Below are positions 56,018 through 64,000 of a stretch of 64,000 nucleotides of DNA, in pieces. A program made the translations under genes and the position numbers. The notes under the pieces are model-generated. The model had not been told where the DNA came from and ran no database searches. It saw only the letters and a list, made by a program, of their open reading frames with translations. Location of the stretch: contig JAUPKF010000001.1 of the NCBI GenBank assembly GCA_030837625.1, positions 23,496 to 87,495 of the forward strand, in the 5' to 3' direction. The stretch is from Patescibacteria group bacterium. GTDB taxonomy: Bacteria; Patescibacteriota; Minisyncoccia; Moranbacterales; UBA2206. How positions within the stretch are numbered: the stretch's first letter is position 1; every line of letters starts with the position of its first letter.

Positions 56018-56971
56018 TTAGGCGCTGGAAGAATCGGAGTGCTTCCTTATGACATACATCGGGCGGTGAAGAATCTCTTTATGGATGTTGGCGATATAAA
56101 GGGAAATAAGTCCGATCGATGTCAGAATGATTCCTACTAGAAAAACGATGAAGATAGCTAGGTTTTCCGCGTCGGAAAAAGTTGAGGCGAAATGCCAGCC
56201 GAAAAAATATTTTCCAATCATTATATAAAAACCGATAATTCCCGAGAATATTGTGATGAAGATGCCCAAATAGCCGGCCAGCTTTAGCGGAACAAGGCTG
56301 AGAGATATGAAGCTGTTGAGAGCGAGCTTTACGAGCTTAAAGAAACTATAACTGGCAGTTCCATGAAGGCGCTTATTGGCTTCAAAATGGATATATTCCC
56401 GCCTGAAACCTAGCCAATCGATAAGTCCGCGAGTCATTCGCTGTGTCTCGGTAAAACGGTTAAATTCATCGATTACTACCCGGTCTAAAAGGCGGAAGTC
56501 AGTCGAATTTGGCATAATCTCCGTTTCAATTATGCTGTTAAGGATTTTGTAGAAAAGCTTGGAGCCCAGTATTCGGATTTGTGAATCGCTCTGGCTTTTC
56601 TTTCTTACCCCGATGACTACTTCAAAGCCTTGTTCCCATTTGCGGATAAAATCGGGAATGAGTTCCGCTGGATGTTGCAAGTCGGCATCCAGGATTATGC
56701 AAGCATCTCCGGAGCAGTAGTGGAGTCCCGCGGTAGTGGCAATTTCTTTGCCGAAATTGCGCGAAAAATCGACCAACTTGACGCTTGAATCATCCCGAGT
56801 CAATCTTTTTATCTCTTTGCCGGTCCCATCTTTGCTTCCGTCGTTCACAAAGATGATTTCTCGGGAATATTTTTCCTTGAACGGATCGAGAACTTCTGCT
56901 ATCTTTTCATAGAGGGGCCGGATGTTCATTTCTTCGTCGTAGGCGGGAATTATGATAGAGATGGATTTCAT
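56018..56971 (-). CDS. Family 2 glycosyltransferase (DPM1/ArnC-like polyprenyl-phosphate sugar transferase) with C-terminal transmembrane helices.
   Basis: Minus-strand ORF. 'ISIIIPAYDEE', 'VNDGSKDGT' and 'ILDADLQHP' (the DxD region), plus two C-terminal transmembrane helices. Confidence 0.85.
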   Translation of the reverse strand: MKSISIIIPAYDEEMNIRPLYEKIAEVLDPFKEKYSREIIFVNDGSKDGTGKEIKRLTRDDSSVKLVDFSRNFGKEIATTAGLHYCSGDACIILDADLQHPAELIPDFIRKWEQGFEVVIGVRKKSQSDSQIRILGSKLFYKILNSIIETEIMPNSTDFRLLDRVVIDEFNRFTETQRMTRGLIDWLGFRREYIHFEANKRLHGTASYSFFKLVKLALNSFISLSLVPLKLAGYLGIFITIFSGIIGFYIMIGKYFFGWHFASTFSDAENLAIFIVFLVGIILTSIGLISLYIANIHKEILHRPMYVIRKHSDSSSA

Positions 56972-57070
56972 GTTATTATAAAGATTACTTTTTTCGACTT
57001 GATTTTAAACAATACAAGTATAGCACCTTCAAGGGTCGATGTCCATAAACCGAACTACGAACAATTTACT

Positions 57071-57760
57071 ATGCCGACAAATGATAAAAATGTATTTTTT
57101 TCGCTGGACGACTTTGGTATAAGTCAAAAAGCAAATGAGAATATCTTGAAACTTGCCCAGTCGGGAAAGATAGGTCGAGTTTCGGTGATGTCTCACGGAG
57201 CCATTTGCCCGGAGGACGCGGACAGCCTTTTAGCGACCGGAGTCGAGTTGGATGTCCATGTCGATTTGAGAAACAGCGTTGATTTCAAACGAAAGCTAAA
57301 AGACGGAATATTTGGAAGGGCGGCTGTTTTCATCAGCAGTTATTTTTCGGGCAAGGCAACGCCTGCTTTGATTGAAGAGATGTGGGCGAGTCAAATCGAA
57401 GGTTTTCAAAAGATTTTTGGAAAGTCCCCCGATGGAATAAATTCCCATGAGCACGCGCATTTTTTCCCTCCCTACTTCAGAATTCTGCTTAAACTTTCGA
57501 AAGAATACGGCATAAGGCGTATGCGGTTTGGCAAAAAATCATATTGGGGAACCGCTCCCGTTTCTTGGATACTTAACTGTCTCAGAATAAAGAATAATCG
57601 TTTGTTTTTGGAATCAGACTTAGATTCCCCTGACTTGGTGCTAAGTTTCGATTGGCTTGGAAGTTTGGACAGTTTGGAAAAATATTTGAAAAATGGAAGT
57701 ATCGAGGTGATTTTCCATCCCGAGCGGGACGAAGAGATGGCTTTTTTGGAAGATTTGTGA
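57071..57760 (+). CDS. YdjC/ChbG-family carbohydrate deacetylase-like protein.
   Basis: 'FFSLDDFGISQKANENILKLAQSGKIGRVSVMSHG' matches the YdjC N-terminal metal-binding Asp region. The ATG at 57071 is preferred. Confidence 0.65.
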   Translation: MPTNDKNVFFSLDDFGISQKANENILKLAQSGKIGRVSVMSHGAICPEDADSLLATGVELDVHVDLRNSVDFKRKLKDGIFGRAAVFISSYFSGKATPALIEEMWASQIEGFQKIFGKSPDGINSHEHAHFFPPYFRILLKLSKEYGIRRMRFGKKSYWGTAPVSWILNCLRIKNNRLFLESDLDSPDLVLSFDWLGSLDSLEKYLKNGSIEVIFHPERDEEMAFLEDL

Positions 57761-57983
57761 GCGGGGAGCGCAAACAATTGGAACGCCGGCCGTATGGACT
57801 TAACAAAGAAAATTTAGGCGCCGTGACAAAATAACTTGTGCGGATCGCGCTCATTTTTGCGTTAGATTTGTTTTAAAAATTCCGAGGAATATCGAGATAT
57901 TGTGAGGAATTTTTTAAGCAAAGATGATGTGAAAATGAGTGTGAAATGTATAAGTTATTTTGTCACGGTGACTTAGATAATTC

Positions 57984-58556
57984 ATGACAGTTTCTAACGG
58001 TGGCGATGCTGACAAAAAGTTGGTAGCGGCCGCAAAGATAAATCCAGACGCATTCGCTGGCATTGTCGATCGGTATTGGAATCGCCTTTTTGGTTTTGTT
58101 CGGAGAATATCTTATTTTTCCCAGGAGGATATCGAGGATATTTTGCAAGAAGTGTTCGTGAAAGTGTACCGGTATCTTAATGGCTACGATGATTCCATGG
58201 CTTTTTCCACTTGGATTTACCAAATTACCAGAAATACGGTGATCGACCAAATCAGAAAAAGAAAAGCCCGGCCGATATCGATCCAGCTGGAAACGGAAGA
58301 ATTGCTTCAGATGCTCAGGTGCGGCTTGGATATCAAGAAGGAATTAGAGACGAGTGATTTGCTGGAAAAGGTGAAAAAAATAATTTTCGGTCTGCCTGCT
58401 AATTATCGGGAAGTCTTGATTCTGCGTTTTTTAGAGGAGAAGGATTACGGTGAGATTATGGATATTTTGGAGCTGCCCAAAGGAACAGTGGCTTCGCTGA
58501 TAAACAGAGGCAGAAAAATGATGTTAGAGGAAGCGAAGAAGCAAAAAATAGTGTAA
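57984..58556 (+). CDS. ECF-subfamily RNA polymerase sigma factor.
   Basis: Region 2 'QEVFVKVYRYL...FSTWIYQITRNTVIDQIRKR'. Region 4 'LPANYREVLILRFLEEKDYGEIMDILELPKGTVASLINRGRK'. Confidence 0.85.
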   Translation: MTVSNGGDADKKLVAAAKINPDAFAGIVDRYWNRLFGFVRRISYFSQEDIEDILQEVFVKVYRYLNGYDDSMAFSTWIYQITRNTVIDQIRKRKARPISIQLETEELLQMLRCGLDIKKELETSDLLEKVKKIIFGLPANYREVLILRFLEEKDYGEIMDILELPKGTVASLINRGRKMMLEEAKKQKIV

Positions 58557-58571
58557 TTCGTAAAGAACTCT

Positions 58572-59333
58572 ATGGATAATCCAGCGAAAAAAATAATCGA
58601 CAAAATAAAAGTGGAGCACGTGGTGCCGGAGTCGCGATGGAAGCTTGGTTGGAAGAGCTATGCCTTTTGGGCGATATGGGGAGGTACTTTATTTTTGGGA
58701 GCGCTGTTTTTTTCTTTTATCATTTTAAATCTTTTGGATATCCGGCCGGAAATTTTCCATCATTTGCGGTTGGGGAGATTCGCGTTTATTTTGGTCGCGA
58801 CCGCCCCTTATTTATGGATCAGCCTTTCCATTCTGGCTTTGGTGTCGGGATTCATGGCTATCCGCCGGACAAAAAGGGGCTATCGCTACAGTGTTCTTTT
58901 TGCTACCAGCTTGGGAGTTTTGACAATTTCAGTTTTGGGAATCGCGTTGCACATATCCAAAGTCAACGAAAGAATGGGCGGGGGCATTTTCCATGGCGCG
59001 CCAGATCGGCGCCATTTGGCTTTTCCCATTGAAAAAAGATGGTCGCGTCCTGAGGAAAAGATGCTGGGAGGAGAGATTGTCGAGCTTAAATCAGAGTATT
59101 TTATGCTGATAAACTTTGAAGACGAAACCTGGGAGGTGCGATATTTTCCGGATACGGAAATTAGAGTTGGCGGCCAACTGGAAGCGGGGATGAAAGTGGG
59201 AATAATCGGAGAGAAAATTGATGAGCGGAAATTTGAAGCGGAGTTTATCCGGTCGTTTCCTTTCGGCGGTTTTGGAGGAAGAAAAAGACCGCCTGGAGAA
59301 AAGCCTTTTTTTATGAGACCGCCTGGAGATTAA
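58572..59333 (+). CDS. Membrane protein co-located with the ECF sigma factor (putative anti-sigma factor or regulator).
   Basis: Three to four transmembrane helices followed by a C-terminal soluble domain. The position directly downstream of the ECF sigma is the only functional evidence. Confidence 0.4.
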   Translation: MDNPAKKIIDKIKVEHVVPESRWKLGWKSYAFWAIWGGTLFLGALFFSFIILNLLDIRPEIFHHLRLGRFAFILVATAPYLWISLSILALVSGFMAIRRTKRGYRYSVLFATSLGVLTISVLGIALHISKVNERMGGGIFHGAPDRRHLAFPIEKRWSRPEEKMLGGEIVELKSEYFMLINFEDETWEVRYFPDTEIRVGGQLEAGMKVGIIGEKIDERKFEAEFIRSFPFGGFGGRKRPPGEKPFFMRPPGD

Positions 59334-59367
59334 TAAATCTGCAAACTATAAAATCATTGCTCGTATA

Positions 59368-59398
59368 ACCTAACCGTGAGGGCGGTTGTTTTTTTTGG
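59368..59398 (+). terminator. Possible Rho-independent terminator after the sigma/anti-sigma pair.
   Basis: 'aaccgtgagggcggttgtttttttt'. The stem is short (5-6 bp) and is followed by a T8 run. Confidence 0.4.
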
Positions 59399-59450
59399 AA
59401 GCATGCGCCAAAAAAGCAAACGTCCGAAATAACCATTAAATTATAAAAGA

Positions 59451-59969
59451 ATGCCAATTGACAAAAAAGTTATCGTTCCCGCCTTGGCTCTGGCCGTTGT
59501 CTTGGGCGCCGGAGTTTATGGGATAAGCAAAGTAAGCGCTGAAGAAAATGGGAGAAGATTTTCAATGGTTGAAAAAATAGCGGAGAAGTTCGGCCTTAAC
59601 AAAGGCGAAGTTGAAAAGGTCTTTGAAGAAAACCGGTCCGAACACCAGGCGCAAATGAAAAATAATTTTGAAGAAAGGCTCAATGAGGCGGTATCAAAGG
59701 GGGAATTGACCGAGGCGCAAAAGCAATTGATTCTCGCGAAAAAAGAAGAGATGGAGAATGAACGGGAGAAAAACAGGGAAGACCATAGAAATCTGTCGGC
59801 GGAAGAAAGAAAAAACAAGATGGAGGAGCGGCGCAGCGAACTGGAAAAATGGGCTAAAGATAATGGAATAGATGTGGGATATTTAATGGGAATGGGTAAA
59901 ATGGGCCAAAAGGGAGGACACGGGGGAGGTTGCCTTTCGGGAGAATGTCCGGTTGGCGGCAGAAATTAA
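59451..59969 (+). CDS. Hypothetical secreted protein with a signal peptide, a charged coiled-coil region, and a Gly/Cys-rich tail.
   Basis: 'VIVPALALAVVLGAGVYG' signal peptide. The tail is 'KGGHGGGCLSGECPVGG'. Confidence 0.4.
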   Translation: MPIDKKVIVPALALAVVLGAGVYGISKVSAEENGRRFSMVEKIAEKFGLNKGEVEKVFEENRSEHQAQMKNNFEERLNEAVSKGELTEAQKQLILAKKEEMENEREKNREDHRNLSAEERKNKMEERRSELEKWAKDNGIDVGYLMGMGKMGQKGGHGGGCLSGECPVGGRN

Positions 59970-60110
59970 GTTTAGAAAGAAGCCTTGGGTAAGAATTCCC
60001 TGATTTTTCAGGGAATTTTTACTTATTTTTTGCGCAAACGCAAATATTCCCTTATCTCCACGTATGTAGTACTATTGAAAGATGGATCGAAATTGTTTAA
60101 AAATAACCAA

Positions 60111-61307
60111 ATGAAAAAGAAGAAGCAACTTGTTGCCGCTGCGGCTGTTTTACTGTTGGCGGGAGGATACTATTGGTACGACCAAAGCGGTTCGACTGAA
60201 AAAAAGGTTCGCTACGCGACCGCGGAAGCGGAGAAAGGGGCGCTTGCCAGCTCTATCTCAGCCAGCGGAAACGTTATTGTTGACAATCAATCGACTGTCG
60301 ATCCGACTATAACCGGAACGGTGGCGGATTTGTCGGTGAAAGTCGGAGACAAAGTGGAAAAAGGGCAGTTTCTTTTTAACATCGTTAACAACGATTTGAG
60401 TGTGAGCGTTTCCAAAGCGGCGGCTTCCTATGAATCGGCCAAGAATTCTCTCGAGTCGGCCAAAATCGACAAAGACAGCGCCAAGGCGGCTTATGAAAAA
60501 GCCAAAGACGAGGATGATGACGACGATGACGCCTACACGGGGAGAGAGTTGGATGTATTGAAGGATAAAGTGGACTTAGCAGAATCGAAAATAATTCAGG
60601 CGGAAAAGAGCTTGGCGGCCAGCGGGGCGGATTTTGGAAATGCGCGTACGGACGCTGCCGAGAGAAAGGTGGTTTCCGCCATATCAGGGACAGTGCTGGG
60701 AGTGAATGTTAAAAACGGCGATGATTTGAGTCGGACGTCTTCAGTCGATAACGCCAGCGCGCCGATAATAATCGGAGAAATAGAAACACTGAAAGCCGAG
60801 GTGGAAGTGAACGAAGTGGATATTGCCAAAGTGGCGATCGGGCAGAAAGTAACGATTGAAATGGACGCTTTGGACGGAGTGAATTTTTTCGGTAAAGTGG
60901 AAAAGATTGATTCGCTGGGAACCGTTTCGCAGGGAGTGGTCAGTTATAACGTTACTGTCGGATTCGATTCGCTGGATGCCAGAATCAAGCCGGATATGAC
61001 TGTTTCCGCCTCCATTATCACCGATGAAAAACAGGACGTTTTGAAAGTTCCAAGCAGCGCGGTAAAAACTGAAAACAATGCTTTTTATGTTGAAATCTTA
61101 GTCAAGGGTTCTCCGCAAAAGAGAGATGCGGCGGTTGGCATTTCCAACGGCGCGGAAACGGAAATCACGAGCGGTCTGGCGGCTGGCGATAAGGTGATAA
61201 CGGAAACAATTGACGTAAGCGGAGAAGAATCGAGCAGTTCTGGTTCAAGCGCAAGAAATTCCGGCGGCAATGTCAGAATTCCGGGAGTGGGAGGATTTGG
61301 AAGGTAA
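60111..61307 (+). CDS. HlyD-family periplasmic adaptor (MacA-like) of the second efflux operon.
   Basis: Transmembrane anchor 'LVAAAAVLLLAGG', a lipoyl-like domain, a coiled-coil hairpin, a beta-barrel, and an acidic 'DEDDDDDD' insert. Confidence 0.85.
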   Translation: MKKKKQLVAAAAVLLLAGGYYWYDQSGSTEKKVRYATAEAEKGALASSISASGNVIVDNQSTVDPTITGTVADLSVKVGDKVEKGQFLFNIVNNDLSVSVSKAAASYESAKNSLESAKIDKDSAKAAYEKAKDEDDDDDDAYTGRELDVLKDKVDLAESKIIQAEKSLAASGADFGNARTDAAERKVVSAISGTVLGVNVKNGDDLSRTSSVDNASAPIIIGEIETLKAEVEVNEVDIAKVAIGQKVTIEMDALDGVNFFGKVEKIDSLGTVSQGVVSYNVTVGFDSLDARIKPDMTVSASIITDEKQDVLKVPSSAVKTENNAFYVEILVKGSPQKRDAAVGISNGAETEITSGLAAGDKVITETIDVSGEESSSSGSSARNSGGNVRIPGVGGFGR

Positions 61308-61408
61308 GAACTCGCGAAATCAGAGCGAATGATAGCGAATTAAAGCTAATAAAATTAGAAATTCGCTCTCATTGGCTGACATTCGCTCCGCTTTCGCGAG
61401 TAATATTT

Positions 61409-62107
61409 ATGATTGAATGCGATAATCTTACTAAAATATATAAAAACGGCGATGTGGAGACGGCGGCGTTGAAAGGCGTTTCTTTCAAGATAGAAAAGGG
61501 AGAGTTTGTTTCCATTATCGGGCCGTCGGGATCGGGAAAATCAACCCTTATGCATATACTGGGGGCGCTCGACACGCCGACCGCGGGAAGCTATGTTTTC
61601 GACGGGAAAGACATTTCACGGTTCAGCGACGACGAGCTTTCCGATTTTAGGCGCGATAAAATCGGTTTTGTCTTTCAGTCGTTTAATCTTCTTCCCAGGA
61701 CAACCGTCATGCGCAACGTTATGTTGCCGCTGGTTTATTCCGGAAAAACAATGGAAGACCGGGAGAAGAAAGCGCGCGCGTGTCTTCTCCAGGCCGGAAT
61801 GGAAGAGAATAAATTTGGAAACTTGTCCAATCAACTCTCCGGCGGTCAAATGCAAAGAGTGGCAATCGCTAGGTCGCTTATCAATAACCCGTCAATTATT
61901 CTGGCGGACGAACCGACCGGAAATCTGGACACCAAAACCAGTCGCACGGTTATGGAAGCTTTTGCGGAGCTTAACCGGCAAGGACATACCGTGATTCTTA
62001 TCACCCACGAGATGGATGTAGCGGGTTATGCCAAAAGAATAATTCATGTTCGGGATGGAATGATAGAGAGCGATGTAACACATAATAACATAACACATAA
62101 CACATAA
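61409..62107 (+). CDS. ABC transporter ATP-binding protein (MacB/LolD-type). Its C-terminus 'THNNITHNT' and its stop are encoded by the 'acataac' repeat.
   Basis: Walker A 'GPSGSGKST', signature 'LSGGQMQRVAIARSL', Walker B '[11 protein letters not shown]' and H-loop 'ITHE'. Confidence 0.9.
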   Translation: MIECDNLTKIYKNGDVETAALKGVSFKIEKGEFVSIIGPSGSGKSTLMHILGALDTPTAGSYVFDGKDISRFSDDELSDFRRDKIGFVFQSFNLLPRTTVMRNVMLPLVYSGKTMEDREKKARACLLQAGMEENKFGNLSNQLSGGQMQRVAIARSLINNPSIILADEPTGNLDTKTSRTVMEAFAELNRQGHTVILITHEMDVAGYAKRIIHVRDGMIESDVTHNNITHNT

Positions 62108-62133
62108 CACATAACACATAACACATAACACAT
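62077..62133. repeat. Tandem heptanucleotide repeat 'acataac', about 8 units.
   Basis: 'aacacataataacataacacataacacataacacataacacataacacataacacatgg'. Confidence 0.7.
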
Positions 62134-62154
62134 GGAACTTTAGGAGGTTGTTTC

Positions 62155-63393
62155 ATGTTGCGTGTTTCATGTTTCATGCTAGCTGATTTATTAAAAGAAG
62201 TTTTTTGGTCTTTGTCTGGCAATAAAGTCAGGTCTGGTTTGACGATTTTGGGCATTGTTATAGGGATTGCTTCGGTAATAGTTATGGTGGCAATTGGGCA
62301 GGGAGCCAAAGCATCGGTCACATCCAGCATCGAGTCGATTGGATCTAATCTTATTATGATAATGCCCGGTTCGCAGCGGGTAGGCGGGGTCAGCCAGGGT
62401 GGAGGCAGTTCGGAAACGCTGACTGAAGAAGATGCCGATGCTATCAAAAACCAAATTTCCAACGCGAAAGCGGTGGCTCCGGCGGTAACCGGACGCTATC
62501 AGATAACCGCCAAAGGAAACAATGCCAATACTCAGGTGGTGGGAACCGTGGCCGATTATGCAGTCGTGCGAAACGTAAGCATGTCTTCCGGATCGTTTTT
62601 TTCCGAATCGCAAATAAGAAGTTCGGCTAAAGTCGCGATTCTCGGTCCGGACACGAGAGACGAGCTTTTCGGCGAAAACGTGAGTCCGGTCGGACAAAAT
62701 ATCAGAATAAACAAGATAGAATTTTTGGTGATCGGTGTGGCCAAATCTAAAGGAGGATCCGGATTTAATAATCAAGACGATATAATTTATGTTCCGCTGA
62801 CATCGGCGCAACATTATCTTTCCGGAAACGACTACGTCAACAATATCAGTGTTACGGCCGCCGATCAGGATTCCATGGCTTCGGTGCAGAGCCAAATTAC
62901 CAAGTTGCTTCTTAGTCGCCATAAAATTACCGACTCGGCGCAGGCGGATTTCAGCATAATGAATCAAAATGATATCATATCCACCGCCTCAAGTGTAACA
63001 GGCACTTTTACGATTCTGCTTTCATCCATCGCCGGCATCTCGCTTCTCGTTGGCGGAATCGGTATTATGAATATGATGCTTACGACTGTCACCGAGCGGA
63101 CGCGTGAAATCGGGCTTCGAAAAGCGGTAGGGATAAAGAAAATGTATATCAACTTGCAATTTCTTGCCGAGGCGGTCGCCTTGACTTTTCTAGGAGGAAT
63201 GTTGGGAATAATATTGGGGTGGCTGGCGTCGCTTTTGGTGACGAAATTTGTCAGCAGTTTGACGACGGAAGTTTCCTTATCGTCGATTCTGTTGGCTTTC
63301 GGGGTATCGACGGCAATCGGAATAATTTTCGGGTTTTATCCCGCCCGCCGGGCGGCGAATCTTAGCCCGATTGAAGCGTTGAGATATGAGTGA
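62155..63393 (+). CDS. ABC transporter permease (FtsX-like/MacB-type).
   Basis: Strong SD 'aggagg' 7 nt upstream. Transmembrane-periplasmic domain-3TM architecture. The C-terminus is 'YPARRAANLSPIEALRYE'. Confidence 0.85.
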   Translation: MLRVSCFMLADLLKEVFWSLSGNKVRSGLTILGIVIGIASVIVMVAIGQGAKASVTSSIESIGSNLIMIMPGSQRVGGVSQGGGSSETLTEEDADAIKNQISNAKAVAPAVTGRYQITAKGNNANTQVVGTVADYAVVRNVSMSSGSFFSESQIRSSAKVAILGPDTRDELFGENVSPVGQNIRINKIEFLVIGVAKSKGGSGFNNQDDIIYVPLTSAQHYLSGNDYVNNISVTAADQDSMASVQSQITKLLLSRHKITDSAQADFSIMNQNDIISTASSVTGTFTILLSSIAGISLLVGGIGIMNMMLTTVTERTREIGLRKAVGIKKMYINLQFLAEAVALTFLGGMLGIILGWLASLLVTKFVSSLTTEVSLSSILLAFGVSTAIGIIFGFYPARRAANLSPIEALRYE

Positions 63394-63423
63394 TGGGTTT
63401 CATAAATCTATGTAACTTGAAAA

Positions 63424-63451
63424 AAGCATACTATCTATGGTATGCTTTTTT
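63424..63451 (+). terminator. Rho-independent terminator after the second efflux operon.
   Basis: 'aagcatac tatctatg gtatgctttttt'. Confidence 0.55.
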
Positions 63452-63453
63452 AT

Positions 63454-63867
63454 ATGCACGAGTCGTTAGCTATAATTATCCTGGCTGCGGCCGGATTTCT
63501 GATCTCGCTTCACATCCGCCGCTCCAAGAAAACCGGAGAAAAATTGGTTTGCTTTATCGGCGGGGGGAAAAGGAGTTGCAACGAGGTGGTGGAAAGCGAG
63601 TATTCCAGAACGTTGGGAATTCCCAATGAGATTGCCGGAATGGTTTATTATGTCCTGGCGCTTTTGTTTGCCTTGATCTTTCTTTTGTTTGATTCTCTGG
63701 GATTGTTTTTTATTTTGACAGCAAAAATTTCTTCCACCGGGGCTTTTCTCGCGTCGATGTATTTTGTCGGCATCCAAGCGTTTGTCTTGAGAAAATTTTG
63801 CGAGTGGTGCCTGGCGACCGCCGTCATAAACACGCTGATTTTCGGAATAGTGTGGATGTTTTTATGA
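63454..63867 (+). CDS. VKOR-family (vitamin K epoxide reductase-like) membrane thiol-disulfide oxidoreductase.
   Basis: Four transmembrane helices. Loop Cys pair 'CFIGGGKRSC', 'YSRTLGIPNEIAGMVYY', and active-site CxxC in the last helix ('CEWC'). Confidence 0.6.
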   Translation: MHESLAIIILAAAGFLISLHIRRSKKTGEKLVCFIGGGKRSCNEVVESEYSRTLGIPNEIAGMVYYVLALLFALIFLLFDSLGLFFILTAKISSTGAFLASMYFVGIQAFVLRKFCEWCLATAVINTLIFGIVWMFL

Positions 63868-64000
63868 AAGATCCCCCAGGCAGGGAGCGACATGAAAGTT
63901 TGTCATAACGTTCACGCATCATCTGGAGTTTTCATCCCGACTTAGCAGGATAAATTTTGTTTTTCAAACAATGCTCTGTTTAATTATCTCCGTCTAAACC

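Overview
The window is a gene-dense, low-GC segment (about 40% GC by eye) with almost every gene on the + strand. It looks like a Candidate Phyla Radiation / Patescibacteria-type genome, for these reasons. (1) The 16S rRNA gene carries large insertions and deviates at universal primer sites, for example 'cagcagcagcggtaatac' and 'ctacgggtggctgcag'. (2) The 16S gene is not followed by a 23S gene. (3) The division/cell-wall cluster is minimal: mraZ-rsmH-ftsL-ftsI-murF, with mraY elsewhere. (4) The metabolism is fermentative, with an ADP-forming acetyl-CoA synthetase and the lower glycolysis genes pgk-eno-gpmI. (5) Proteins are compact.

Housekeeping content: MraZ, RsmH, FtsL-like, FtsI/PBP, MurF, GreA, LysS, SerS, AspS-like, IspH, CysK, ScpA/ScpB, a D-Ala-D-Ala carboxypeptidase, MraY, Pgk, Eno, GpmI, a PfkB kinase, RecJ, RNase HI, a polyprenyl synthase, UppS, TrxA/TrxB, malic enzyme, a YjbQ-family protein, MltG, a GT2 glycosyltransferase, a YdjC-like deacetylase, an ECF sigma factor, a VKOR-like protein, and two MacAB-type (HlyD + MacB ATPase + FtsX permease) efflux operons.

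Accessory and unusual content:
- Several families of long imperfect-palindromic intergenic repeat elements, including a roughly 180-bp 'cacctaatt' element present in 5 copies.
- A REP-associated tyrosine transposase (RAYT) with cognate REP-like hairpins, one pair bracketing the 5' half of its own gene.
- A GC-rich foreign minus-strand cassette with a consensus promoter and terminator, next to the RAYT.
- A DpnI-like methyl-directed restriction endonuclease plus a GIY-YIG nuclease on a small island just downstream of the 16S gene.
- Two intervening sequences in the 16S gene, one containing a small Cys-rich ORF.
- An ORF6N-domain protein.
- A DUF5320/DUF134 pair.
- Two conserved-looking reading frames interrupted by single in-frame stop codons.
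- Heptanucleotide 'acataac' repeats that supply the stop codon and the C-terminal residues ('HNT') of two unrelated genes.

No CRISPR array or tRNA gene was recognised.
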